A stretch of 64,000 bases of DNA from Acidobacteriota bacterium (GCA_963666215.2 CAXWPL010000005.1:1216001-1280000); one strand, 5' to 3'; counted from the first letter of the stretch, positions 33,056 to 42,230 are shown. The notes: generated by a model not told the origin, from the sequence alone. A program made the numbers and translations.

Positions 33056-33640
33056 CTAGGCGTTCGCCTTGGCGGCTGCGGCAGGAGCCGGAGCCGAGGC
33101 GGTTGCTACGGCTTCGCTCTTGCGAGGTCCTGCGTCGGCACTGGCCTTGGCACGGGCCTCCGGCCTTGGCGCGGGCGTCGGGCGCGGGGCAGCGGTGTTC
33201 GCAACCGTCGCCGACTTCATGTCGACGCTGCCCTTGAAGAAAGCTCCATCTGTGATGTTGAGCGACGGCGTCTTCACGTTGCCGGTCAGCGAGGCGGTGG
33301 CTCCCAACACAACCGCCTCCACGGCGTGGACATCTCCATCGACGGTCCCTTCGATGAGAACGGTGTGTCCATGACCCACGGCCTTGACGCTGGCACCCTC
33401 GACAACTCGCAAGGTGCGACTCGAGCGGATCGTGCCCTCTATCCGGCCCTCAATCGTCAGATCTTCCTCAGAGGAGATCGTGCCGTTGACGGCGAGCTTG
33501 CTTCCGAGAACTGAGCCGCCAGTCGGGGCCCGCGCCGCAGCCCGCGCCGGCGTGGACGCTGGAGCGCTAGCTACAGCGGTGGATGTGGTTGCCGGTGCTG
33601 CCGGCTTCTGAGCTTCCTTTTCCTGATCGAACCAGCCCAT
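33056..33640 (-). CDS. Bactofilin (polymer-forming cytoskeletal protein)
   Basis: LTIEGRIEG, IEGTVDGDV, GAFFKGSVDM; RBS AAGGAG. Confidence 0.9.
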   Translation of the reverse strand: MGWFDQEKEAQKPAAPATTSTAVASAPASTPARAAARAPTGGSVLGSKLAVNGTISSEEDLTIEGRIEGTIRSSRTLRVVEGASVKAVGHGHTVLIEGTVDGDVHAVEAVVLGATASLTGNVKTPSLNITDGAFFKGSVDMKSATVANTAAPRPTPAPRPEARAKASADAGPRKSEAVATASAPAPAAAAKANA

Positions 33641-33870
33641 CTCGTTACTGCTCCTTACTGGGTGGACGCTCACAACAGCGCCAGCGAGTTGTGAGGGCGC
33701 CTCGAGGACGGTCCCGGCTCGCAACGCGGCTAGGTTATCCGGCCTTCACGGTGGAGGAAAGTGCCACGCGACACGAGGGCGCTGGAGACCGCCGCGAAGG
33801 TCGTTGGGGACTTCTGCAGCCCCCTGCGGCCGGCGCTGGACCCTCAAGTCCAGTGGCTCCAACAACTTGC

Positions 33871-33981
33871 AGGTATTAGTCACTATTAGTTATGATTAGT
33901 TAGTTAAAGTTTTTCTAACTTTCTATTAGTGCTATTTTAACATTAAAACGCTTTCGACTTATCTCTATAGCCATCGTTAGT
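33871..33981. repeat. AT-rich block with 10-bp-phased ATTAGT repeats
   Basis: ATTAGT at 33875, 33885, 33895, 33925; TAAAGT at 33905. Confidence 0.8.
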
Positions 33982-34005
33982 CACACCAGCTACCGGAGAG
34001 ACCCC

Positions 34006-34389
34006 ATGTCGAGCAGCAACTTCCCCGTTCGCCGCACCAGCGCCCGCGCTCGGGCCCGCCTCCACGGCGAGTCCCTCCCCTCCGGCTCCGTACACGCCGC
34101 GCAGTACCTGACCGGGACCCCCGAGACCGTGCTTTGGGGCGAGGTGCTGTTGCGAGCGATCGATGACTTCAAGATCTACACGTCGCACCGCTCCGACCCC
34201 GAAGCCAATCCCGTCTCGCAGAAGACGCTGCGCTCGATACTCGCCGACGGTTGCGACCCGGAGTACTCGTTCTTCGGCAACAACACCGGCTTCGACGCGG
34301 TCTGCATGGTGCTCAACATCGAGCCCGACGTCATTCGCCGGCACCTACGCGGATGGGTAGACGAGATCGGCGACCAACTGCGTTACTAG
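34006..34389 (+). CDS. Hypothetical protein, paralog 2
   Basis: RBS GGAGAG; LWGEVLLRAIDD ... FDAVCMVLNIEPDVIR. Confidence 0.8.
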   Translation: MSSSNFPVRRTSARARARLHGESLPSGSVHAAQYLTGTPETVLWGEVLLRAIDDFKIYTSHRSDPEANPVSQKTLRSILADGCDPEYSFFGNNTGFDAVCMVLNIEPDVIRRHLRGWVDEIGDQLRY

Positions 34390-34467
34390 CCGCGTATAAT
34401 CGGCTCCCCGCTCATCCGAGGCGCGAGCTAGCGCTTGCGCCTCGCGACCCATCCGCGAGGAGTCATC

Positions 34468-34701
34468 GTGAAGATCCAGCTGACCTACTGCGCCGCTTGA
34501 AACTACGAACCCCAAGCCCTCAGTTTGACGGGCAAAATCGTTAGCGAGCTCAAGCAACGCCTCGACAGCATCACGCTCGTGCCGGCGGCCGGCGGCAAGT
34601 TCGAGCTCGAAGTCGATGGGTTGCTGATGTACTCCAAGCTCCAGACTCGCTCCTTCCCGGACGAAGACGAGATTCTCGAGCAGCTCCGCTCGCAGATTTG
34701 A
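34468..34701 (+). CDS. Rdx family (SelW/SelT/SelH) selenoprotein, CxxU
   Basis: RBS GAGGAG, GTG start, KIQLTYCAA-UGA-NYEPQA...GGKFEL.VDG...YSK...FP; SECIS-like hairpin; stop overlaps next start (TTGA). Confidence 0.9.
34516..34533 (+). promoter_or_regulatory. Putative bacterial SECIS element
   Basis: GCCC-TCA[GTT]TGA-C-GGGC hairpin starting 16 nt after UGA; loop begins with G. Confidence 0.7.
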
Positions 34702-36452
34702 GCCGGCCTCGAGGAGGCTCCAAGCCGGGCTGCCGATTCTCGAGTCCTTCAACCGCATTCGCGTTGGCGCTGTGCGCGGTGCTGGTACCCGCCGCGTGCG
34801 CCGCACCTGAGCCGGATTCACCGGCCGATGTCGTCTATCTCAACGCCGACGTCCACACGGCCGACGCGACCACTCCTCGGGCACAGGCGATCGCAGTCGC
34901 CGACGGACGTTTTCTCGCCGTCGGAACCAACGCGGAGGTCCGAGCACACATCGGTAGCTCGACGACCGTGATCGAAGCGGATGGAGCGACCGTCCTGCCG
35001 GGGCTCATCGACGGTCACGTCCACCTCGAGAGCGGCCTGTCACTCGTCCGCGGGGTCAACCTCTACGGCATACCCGACAAGCGCGAGTGGCTGCGCCTCA
35101 TCGGTGAGCGCGCCGCGGAGCTTCCCGCGGGAAGCTGGATCGTCGGTGGTCGCTGGGACCACACGCTGCTGCCGGGCGCCGAGTTCCCCACCCGCTTCGA
35201 CCTCGACGAAGTAACCCCCGAGCATCCCGTGGTACTGGGCGACGTCGACGGCCACAGCACGTGGGCCAATACCCTGGCGCTCGAGATTGCCGGCGTGACT
35301 GCCGACACCCCCGACCCGATGGGAGGCGAGATCCTCCACGACGCCAGCACCGGCGAGCCCACCGGGATCTTCTTGGAGACCGCCAACGGACTCGTGCGAC
35401 GTCACGTCCCACCCCTCGAGGGAGAGGACCGGCTCGAAGCTCTGGCCGACACGTTCCGACTGGCCAACAGCCTGGGCCTCACAGGCGCCCACAACATGAC
35501 GGGCATGTCGTCGCTCGACGACTACACCGAGCTGCTGGCCCGCGACGAGCTCACGCTGCGGATCTGGTTCGGCGCCACCGGGCTCGATGCCGAAAGCGCG
35601 CCTCGAGCGGCGGCTCGTCGAGACGAGCTCGCCGCGGAGCTGCAGGAGGTCACCGCGCAGCGTGGACCCACTCTCGAGTTCGGCTACTCCAAACAGATGA
35701 TCGACGGCGTGCTTTCGTCGCGCACCGCTGCGCTGCTCGAGCCCTATGCCGACGACACCTCGCGAAGGGGCCTTCCGCGGTACGAGCCGACGGAGTTCGA
35801 CGAGCGTATCGAGGCGGTGGCTGCTGCCGGGTTCCCGATCGCCATTCATGCGATCGGCGACGCCAGCGTACGCTTCTCTCTTGACGCGCTCGAGCGGGCT
35901 CAGCAACAGCTCGGCGCCCCGCGCCGGCCGCATCGCCTGGAGCACATCGAGGTCATCAACGAGGACGACGTCCCTCGCTTCGCTGCGCTGGGCATACTCG
36001 CCTCGATGAACCCGCACCACTGCATCACCGGCATCGACGTCTACAACACCGACCGTCTCGGCGAAGATCGCGCCGGCTGGTCGTTCGCCTGGGGCAAGCT
36101 GCGAGACGCCGGAGCCACGCTCGTCTTCGGCACCGACTGGGCCACGGCGCCGCTCGACCCGCTGCGCCAACTCTACGCCGCCACATTGCGTGAGAAGCCA
36201 GGTGGCGGGCCGGCCGGAGGATGGCACCCCGAGAACCGGGTGACCTGGGACGAGGCGCTCGCCGCGTACACGATTGCACCAGCACGCGCCGCGGGCTGGG
36301 ACGGTGAGATCGGCAGCATCACGGTGGGCAAACGCGCCGACTTCGTCGTTCTCGATGATGCCTTGCCGACCCCGATCGACCGCGGAATCCTCGACCGTAG
36401 CGTCGTCGCCACGTATCTCGGCGGCACGCCGGTGTTCGAAACGGGTCGCTAG
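34698..36452 (+). CDS. Amidohydrolase 3 family lipoprotein
   Basis: PGLIDGHVH, HAIGD, RLEH, GTDW, GKRADFVVLD. Confidence 0.9.
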   Translation: MSRPRGGSKPGCRFSSPSTAFALALCAVLVPAACAAPEPDSPADVVYLNADVHTADATTPRAQAIAVADGRFLAVGTNAEVRAHIGSSTTVIEADGATVLPGLIDGHVHLESGLSLVRGVNLYGIPDKREWLRLIGERAAELPAGSWIVGGRWDHTLLPGAEFPTRFDLDEVTPEHPVVLGDVDGHSTWANTLALEIAGVTADTPDPMGGEILHDASTGEPTGIFLETANGLVRRHVPPLEGEDRLEALADTFRLANSLGLTGAHNMTGMSSLDDYTELLARDELTLRIWFGATGLDAESAPRAAARRDELAAELQEVTAQRGPTLEFGYSKQMIDGVLSSRTAALLEPYADDTSRRGLPRYEPTEFDERIEAVAAAGFPIAIHAIGDASVRFSLDALERAQQQLGAPRRPHRLEHIEVINEDDVPRFAALGILASMNPHHCITGIDVYNTDRLGEDRAGWSFAWGKLRDAGATLVFGTDWATAPLDPLRQLYAATLREKPGGGPAGGWHPENRVTWDEALAAYTIAPARAAGWDGEIGSITVGKRADFVVLDDALPTPIDRGILDRSVVATYLGGTPVFETGR

Positions 36453-36481
36453 GCCAGAGAATCATCAGTCGGACGGATCGC

Positions 36482-37333
36482 CTAGTAGAACTGGCAGCCA
36501 GGGCAGTAGAAGGAGGATCGGCCGGCCTGCACGACGCGTCGGATTGTGCGCGCGCAGCGACGACAGGCTTCGCCTTCTCTGCCGTAGGCCATGAGATCGA
36601 GCGCGAAGTAGCCGAGGTTTCCATCGAGGTCATGGAAGTCGCGGAGAGTCGTGCCACCTGCCTCGATGGCACGGCTCAGCACCTCTACACAAGCGTCGTA
36701 GATTCGGCCCCAGCGCAGGGCCGAAATGCGCCTGACTGGGACTGCCGGATGAACGCGCGCGAGCCACAACGCCTCGACTGCGTAGATGTTCCCCACACCC
36801 ACAACGATCCGCGCATCCATCAAGAAGTTCTTGAGTGGGCGCCGCGAGTGCCGCGAGGCTACCTGCAGGTAGGTGGAAGAGAAATCGGGGCCGAGAGGCT
36901 CGGGCCCGAGATGAGCCAGCAGTCCATGCTCCGAGAGCCGGGCCGACGCTGCCACCTCGACCAAACCGAAGCGACGTGGGTCGCGGAAGCGGAGCTCGAG
37001 AGAGGCCACACTATCGTCACCCAACCACCAGCGAACGTGGTCGTGCGCGCCCAGCGGAACGACCTCACAATCCGGCGTGGCGTGTAGCAGTCTGAGACTG
37101 CCGCTCATACCCAGGTGTAGCAGGATCGAGCTGCCGCGATCGAGAGAAAAAACGAGGTACTTGGCGCGCCGCTGAACTTCAGTAAAACGCGCGCCCACCA
37201 GTCGGCGCAACGCGGCAGTCGGAACTCGCCTCCGGAGCGACGGCTGGCGCACTTCCACGTGCTGCAACTGAAGCCCGCACATTCGAGGGGCCAAGCCGCG
37301 TCGGATCGTTTCGACTTCTGGCAGCTCGGGCAT
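36482..37333 (-). CDS. mutM: Formamidopyrimidine-DNA glycosylase
   Basis: MPELPEVE, HLGMSG, GVGNIYA, C-terminal 4-Cys zinc finger. Confidence 0.97.
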   Translation of the reverse strand: MPELPEVETIRRGLAPRMCGLQLQHVEVRQPSLRRRVPTAALRRLVGARFTEVQRRAKYLVFSLDRGSSILLHLGMSGSLRLLHATPDCEVVPLGAHDHVRWWLGDDSVASLELRFRDPRRFGLVEVAASARLSEHGLLAHLGPEPLGPDFSSTYLQVASRHSRRPLKNFLMDARIVVGVGNIYAVEALWLARVHPAVPVRRISALRWGRIYDACVEVLSRAIEAGGTTLRDFHDLDGNLGYFALDLMAYGREGEACRRCARTIRRVVQAGRSSFYCPGCQFY

Positions 37334-37421
37334 GACAACGTCAATCAGAACACGCCAGACATACGGAGGGCGGGAGCTACCCTAGCCCCCGCCCGCGTAC
37401 GTTGCCTTAGGCGTCGCCGAC

Positions 37422-37607
37422 TTACTTCTTTTTCCGCGTCGCCTTTTTCTTAGCGGCCTTCTTCGGGGCAGCCTTCTTCTTGGCGGCCTTCTTCTTCGGC
37501 GCAGCCTTCTTCTTGGCTACCTTCTTCTTCGGCGCAGCCTTCTTCTTGGCTACCTTCTTCTTGGCCGGGGATTTCGCTGCCGACTTCTTGGCGTTTCTTA
37601 CCGCCAT
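37422..37607 (-). CDS. Small histone H1-like lysine-rich protein
   Basis: 61 aa, tandem KKKAAPKKKVA repeats; AAGGGG RBS. Confidence 0.75.
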   Translation of the reverse strand: MAVRNAKKSAAKSPAKKKVAKKKAAPKKKVAKKKAAPKKKAAKKKAAPKKAAKKKATRKKK

Positions 37608-37699
37608 TGTGTTGCCCCTTTCTCCTACCACCCTAGGAGGGTTCCCCCCCACGGAGCCAGGCCGTCAGTCGCCGGAAGAGTATGTGCGGACAGCAATCT

Positions 37700-37830
37700 G
37701 GCCTAGCTCGGCCAGAGTCGAGCCGACAAGCGCCGCCGCCGTTTCCGTCAGCGACTCCGGAACACGGCTCTCGTGCGGGCGTTACCATGCAAAGGTCGGG
37801 GGAACAACCCCGATCTCAGAAGTGAGCGTG
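37700..37830 (-). mobile_element. Degenerate remnant of the IS481 5' end
   Basis: Blocks match the 51856-52922 element: GCGCCGCCGCCGTTTCCGTCA, CGTGCGGGCGTTACCATGCA, GATCTCAGAAGTGAG. Confidence 0.7.
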
Positions 37831-38111
37831 TCACCGTTCCCCCCCACGGAAACCGATGTCGCCGGAAGAGTATGTGCAACTGGCTAGGGAGAGTAAAGCG
37901 ACTCCAACACGAAAAGGGGGCGACCGGCGGTCACCGTTGAGGCCACATTTGTCGAGGCGCGGACTCTGCGTCCGACCGATCGACTCATCCAAGCGCATGT
38001 TGGCGACCCCATCGAAACTCAACCGCGTCGCGTCCGTGCTTAAGGTTGTCACCGGCAACCCCATCGCGCCGCGGTGATCGGCTCCCTAGTACCTACCCTA
38101 CGAAACACCCT

Positions 38112-38640
38112 ATGCCCAACCCCCATCGCCGCCCGAGGCTCACTTCGATCCTTCCTCTACTGCCGCTGCTCGTGGTCGCGACCTCGAGCGCTTGCGGACC
38201 GGCCGACACGTCGGCAGCAGCCACCAGCCTGGCACCGGTTAACGAGGCCAACACCGAGGCCGCTCAGGTCGCCAAGACCCTGTAGCCGTTGTGGTCGAGG
38301 CGGTGACCAGCGGGGCGATGACCTCTTGGGTCGCGACGTCCGGGAATCTCGAAGCGGTGGAGAGGGTCGACGTGCTCGCCAAGGTCCCTGGTCAGATCGA
38401 CGCTCTACACGCGGAGGAGGGCCAACGGGTGGCCGACGACGAGCCGCTGCTCGAGCTCGATCCCAATGAGTATCGCCTCGCGGGCGATCGCGCAGAGGCC
38501 GAGATGCTCAAGAAGGAGGCCGACCTGGCGCGCTCCGATCGCATGCACGAACAAGGCGTCATCTCCAAGCAGGACTACGGCCAGGCACAGTACGACTTGA
38601 GGCACGCACAGCTCTCGAGATCGACATTCGCTTTCAGCTC
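38112..38640 (+). pseudogene. RND efflux periplasmic adaptor, frameshifted and truncated
   Basis: Lipoprotein leader in one frame; SGNLEAVERVDVLAKVPGQI..EEGQRV..LLELD in another; stops after the hairpin region. Confidence 0.7.
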
Positions 38641-38785
38641 GAGAAGGCCGATCGGGCTCGCTCATCACTCCGCTAGCGGCGCCGCTGACGCTCGAGGAAG
38701 CGGAGCGCGCGGTTCCGGCTAGCTAGCGACCTCCAGGTCTTCCCTGGTGTCGAGGGGTTGCGAGGTTGGAGATTGCTGCTCGAGC

Positions 38786-39838
38786 TCAGTTCAGCTCGAG
38801 GCGGTCGGCGATGAAGCGGCCGGTCGCCTGCCGTGTCGCACGCGAGATCATCAAGCTGATGTGGCCGTGCGGTACCCACCACACTCCGCACCCCCAGCCC
38901 GCCGCCGAGCGCGCAAGTCCACGTCTCCCGACAACGTTGTCGTAGCGCGCTCCCACAACCAGCACCCGGTCGCGCGGCACCGCCAGCGGCCGCCGAGCCG
39001 CCCGGTAGTGATGGAACATGCTAGCGGCCTGCTCGCGATCAATGCCCGCTTCGGCGAGCGCCCTGCAGATTGGAGTCGCGATCGGCGAGCTCCAAACCGT
39101 TTCGGCCGGCTCGACCACGGGCGCCCACAGCGCGACCGCATCCCAGCTGGCGCTCAGCGAAGCGCCGAGCGCGGCCACCCAACCACCCAGGCTCATCCCC
39201 CAGAGCGCCACCCGCGAGTAGCCCCTACGCCGAAGCCAGGCCTCGAGCCACAGCAGCTCAGCTACAGCGCGTTGCAGAGCCTGCGCGGTGGCACCGATGT
39301 CTGCCGAGAGGCAGCGTTCGCCCGACAGCGAGCCTGGCGGTGTGCGCTCTGCATGCTCCGGAAGACGGGGCATCCAGATGTCGCATCCCTGTCCACGCAG
39401 CGGTGTCGCCAGCGACCGGAAGTACGGCATATGGGAGCGCGTGGCCAACCACCCGTGCAGCAGCACGAGCGCCGTGCGTCCCCCTTCGCCTCCCCGCTCA
39501 GGGCCGCCAACTGAAGCTCGATATGAGGAGCTCGCGACCGAGCGTGAGATCGAGCTCTGGGACGAGCGCGCCGGCGTCGCCTTGTGGCAACTGGCCACCC
39601 AACCCGTGCCCTCGTCGTGCCAGAGCTCGGTGGCGCCATCCGGGCCCCACCCACGACCGTCGCCGTCGATACGCCGCGGCGCCGCCGGATCGAACGCACG
39701 GGGCCCCTGAAAGCCGTGCTCTCTCCAAGGATCCGACTGCAGCTCCGACATGGTGGGGGTGGGCTGCCGCCGGCCGATTCGGGCCCGCACCACTGCCACG
39801 TTCACCCAGTCGAGAATCTCCCCCGACCACCGCCCCAT
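38786..39838 (-). CDS. Alpha/beta hydrolase; start uncertain
   Basis: LLHGW, LPEHAER, GMSLGG, D..V, HGH. Confidence 0.75.
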   Translation of the reverse strand: MGRWSGEILDWVNVAVVRARIGRRQPTPTMSELQSDPWREHGFQGPRAFDPAAPRRIDGDGRGWGPDGATELWHDEGTGWVASCHKATPARSSQSSISRSVASSSYRASVGGPERGGEGGRTALVLLHGWLATRSHMPYFRSLATPLRGQGCDIWMPRLPEHAERTPPGSLSGERCLSADIGATAQALQRAVAELLWLEAWLRRRGYSRVALWGMSLGGWVAALGASLSASWDAVALWAPVVEPAETVWSSPIATPICRALAEAGIDREQAASMFHHYRAARRPLAVPRDRVLVVGARYDNVVGRRGLARSAAGWGCGVWWVPHGHISLMISRATRQATGRFIADRLELN

Positions 39839-39919
39839 TTCCGCCGAACCCTTCGTGTGTCAAGAGAGAGGCCGCTTACACCCGCGCCCATCCAACCATG
39901 AAAATTCGCGACAACAGAG

Positions 39920-39946
39920 AAACTTTTTGGGAACCCGGGCGTCTAA
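39920..39946 (+). promoter_or_regulatory. Putative ECF (sigmaE-type) promoter
   Basis: AAACTT-N16-TCTAA. Confidence 0.55.
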
Positions 39947-39953
39947 CTGAACT

Positions 39954-40160
39954 AAAGCGGTCAAGGGCGCGCTGGCTCTGTCCTGTGATGGACGTAAAGG
40001 GGAGCGGCCTGGGGCTGGGGCTGGCGCGCCGTTGATCGCTTTGCCTTACTCCGGCGGTGCTCGTTGGTTGACGAGCAACACCGGGTATTGCGAACAGCGA
40101 GCGTGGGTCCCCACCCTGCGGGAAAAGTGGCATACCGCTTGCACATGCAAGTCGGTATAT
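39954..40160 (+). ncRNA. Putative structured RNA or long 5' leader
   Basis: Three long stem-loops and one short one in series, with G-U pairs, just downstream of the ECF-type promoter. Confidence 0.5.
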
Positions 40161-40259
40161 CGAACGGACCGAACGGAAGGACAGCACAGATCCAGACGGA
40201 CCGGACTCGAACACACAAACAAGCGCCAAATGCTCCCCCGCCTTGGTGAGGTCGAAATC

Positions 40260-40610
40260 ATGCAAATCAGCCGCTGCCCAAAAAAATCGAAAGGTCAGCT
40301 CGACGCAGTCTTCGAGGCCGAGCGCGACCAGTTCACCGACGGCCAAAAAGACGTGCACGCGTGCCGGCAGCTGTGGCGCACGGTCATCCATCGCACGGTC
40401 GACGACATGCGGTTCCTACGCACGCATCGCCGTGCGGCCGGACGATTGAAGAAGCACGAAGAGGAGCGCCTTCGTCGCATCCGCGAGAATCCGCCCCACG
40501 AGTTCATTCAGGGCAAGTGGTTCGAACAGATCTGCGACTACCTGCAGGTGAGTCCGACCCGCGTACGACGCGCCATCCAAGCTCTCGAGGCGAACGCCGA
40601 GGCCGCCTGA
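40260..40610 (+). CDS. Hypothetical protein, paralog 3
   Basis: GAGGT RBS; LWRTVIHRTVDD ... WFEQICDYLQVSPTRVR. Confidence 0.8.
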   Translation: MQISRCPKKSKGQLDAVFEAERDQFTDGQKDVHACRQLWRTVIHRTVDDMRFLRTHRRAAGRLKKHEEERLRRIRENPPHEFIQGKWFEQICDYLQVSPTRVRRAIQALEANAEAA

Positions 40611-40640
40611 GCGTCGCGTCTTACCACGGAGCCAGCTCTC

Positions 40641-40682
40641 GAACGGGGGAAGCAGCAGCGCTGCTTCCCCCGTTTGCTTTTG
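40641..40682 (+). terminator. Rho-independent terminator
   Basis: AACGGGGGAAGCAGC/GCTGCTTCCCCCGTT stem followed by TGCTTTT. Confidence 0.75.
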
Positions 40683-40711
40683 CCATAGGGCTGGCGTCTA
40701 ATGACCACTCG

Positions 40712-41536
40712 ATGCGGACAAATTTCTCGTTTCCGGACAACGACTGGGCGCTCATACTCGGCGCCAGCAGCGGCTTCGGTGCCGCCACGGCGCGCGAGCT
40801 CTCGAGCCGCGGGCTCAACGTGTTCGGTGTTCACTTAGACCGCAAATCGACCATGCATTTCGCCGAGGAAACGATTGCCGACATCGAGGCGAACGGGCGC
40901 CAGGCGATTTACTTCAACATCAACGCTGCCGACGCGGAAAAGCGAGCGGCCGCGATAACGACGATCAAAGAAACTATCGGCGAGGGAGGCAAAGACGGCG
41001 GAAACGGCATGATCCGCGTGTTTCTGCACTCGATCGCCTTCGCGACGTTGCGACCCTACTTCAGCGAAGAACCCCAGCAAGCGATGTCGCAGCGGCAGAT
41101 GGAGATGACGCTCGACGTCATGGCTCACTCCCTCGTCTACTGGGTGCAGGAGCTCGTCGCCGCTGGGTTGATGCGTCGGCACAGCCGCGTCTTCGCCATG
41201 ACCAGCCTCGGCGGCGACCGCGTTTGGAAGACCTACGGCGCCACCTCGGCTGCCAAGGCGGCGCTCGAGTCACACATCCGGCAGCTGGCGCTGGAGCTAG
41301 CGCCGCACGGAATCGCGGCCAACAGCATCCGCGCGGGAGTTACCGATACCGCCGCGGCTCGCAAGATCCCAGGCATCGAGGCAATGATGGATTGGGCTGC
41401 TCGAGCCAACCCGTACAACCGGCTTACCACCACCGACGACGTAGCCCGAGCCATCGCCGCATTGTCACTCCCGGAGGCAGGTTGGATCACCGGTAACGTC
41501 ATCGGCGTCGACGGCGGCGAGCAGATCGCCGGCTAG
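40712..41536 (+). CDS. SDR oxidoreductase, enoyl-ACP reductase (FabL-like)
   Basis: GASSGFG, YGATSAAKAALE, AGVTDT, WITGNVIGVDGG. Confidence 0.85.
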   Translation: MRTNFSFPDNDWALILGASSGFGAATARELSSRGLNVFGVHLDRKSTMHFAEETIADIEANGRQAIYFNINAADAEKRAAAITTIKETIGEGGKDGGNGMIRVFLHSIAFATLRPYFSEEPQQAMSQRQMEMTLDVMAHSLVYWVQELVAAGLMRRHSRVFAMTSLGGDRVWKTYGATSAAKAALESHIRQLALELAPHGIAANSIRAGVTDTAAARKIPGIEAMMDWAARANPYNRLTTTDDVARAIAALSLPEAGWITGNVIGVDGGEQIAG

Positions 41537-41699
41537 ATCTCCCTCCTACGGCGACAGGGGACGCGGTGACGAGCTTCAGACCGTCGGCAGAGCGACCACC
41601 TGCCGCCAGTGACCGCATACGGTCGCGCGTTCGTGGTCACCAGGTGCCAGACGCGGGCGCTCCTGGCGGCGCGCTGAAGCCAAAGCGCACGGCAAAGCG

Positions 41700-42230
41700 A
41701 TGAAATTCGCGTTCATCGGTACCCACGGTGTGGGTAAGACCACGCTGGCCTATGGCCTTGCGATGCGCCTCAAGGAGCTCGGCGCCAACGTCGGCTTTCT
41801 CGAGGAAGTCGCCCGCCGCTGTCCATTGCCGATCAACGAGGAGACATCGCTCGACGCGCAGACGTGGATCCTCGTGGAGACCGTGAGGCGCGAGATCGAG
41901 CTCGCGAAGATCTACACCGAGGTCGTCTGCGACCGCTCGGTCCTCGACAACTACTGCTACATGGAGTTCGCACTCGGCCGCAAGCAGGCCCTTTTCGACC
42001 TGGCGCGCTACTGGGCCGGCACCTACGACCTGCTGTTCAAGGTACCGATCCGACCCGAGCTGCTGCAGGACGACGGAACGCGTTCAACCGACCTGGCTTT
42101 CCAGCGCGCCATCGACAAGACGCTCGACGAGATCCTCGAGGAGATGTCGGTCGACGTGCATCGCTTCGAGTCGCTGGACGACACGGTCGATCAGGTGCGC
42201 CTGGTGAGCGGCCGGCTACCTCTGACCTGA
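41700..42230 (+). CDS. P-loop kinase/ATPase (AAA_28, NadR-like)
   Basis: GTHGVGKTT, EVAR, CDRSVLD, DDGTR. Confidence 0.85.
   Translation: MKFAFIGTHGVGKTTLAYGLAMRLKELGANVGFLEEVARRCPLPINEETSLDAQTWILVETVRREIELAKIYTEVVCDRSVLDNYCYMEFALGRKQALFDLARYWAGTYDLLFKVPIRPELLQDDGTRSTDLAFQRAIDKTLDEILEEMSVDVHRFESLDDTVDQVRLVSGRLPLT

Noticed and set aside
33871-33981. Chromosomal oriC or CRISPR leader
   Set aside because: No TTATCCACA boxes, no dnaA context, no repeat-spacer array.
38283-38290. Stop-codon recoding in the efflux adaptor
   Set aside because: The downstream part is in a different frame and the gene is also truncated, so it is a frameshift or pseudogene.
39954-40042. SRP (4.5S) RNA
   Set aside because: Long hairpin, but the domain IV pairing around a GNRA loop and the AGCAG motif are not satisfied.
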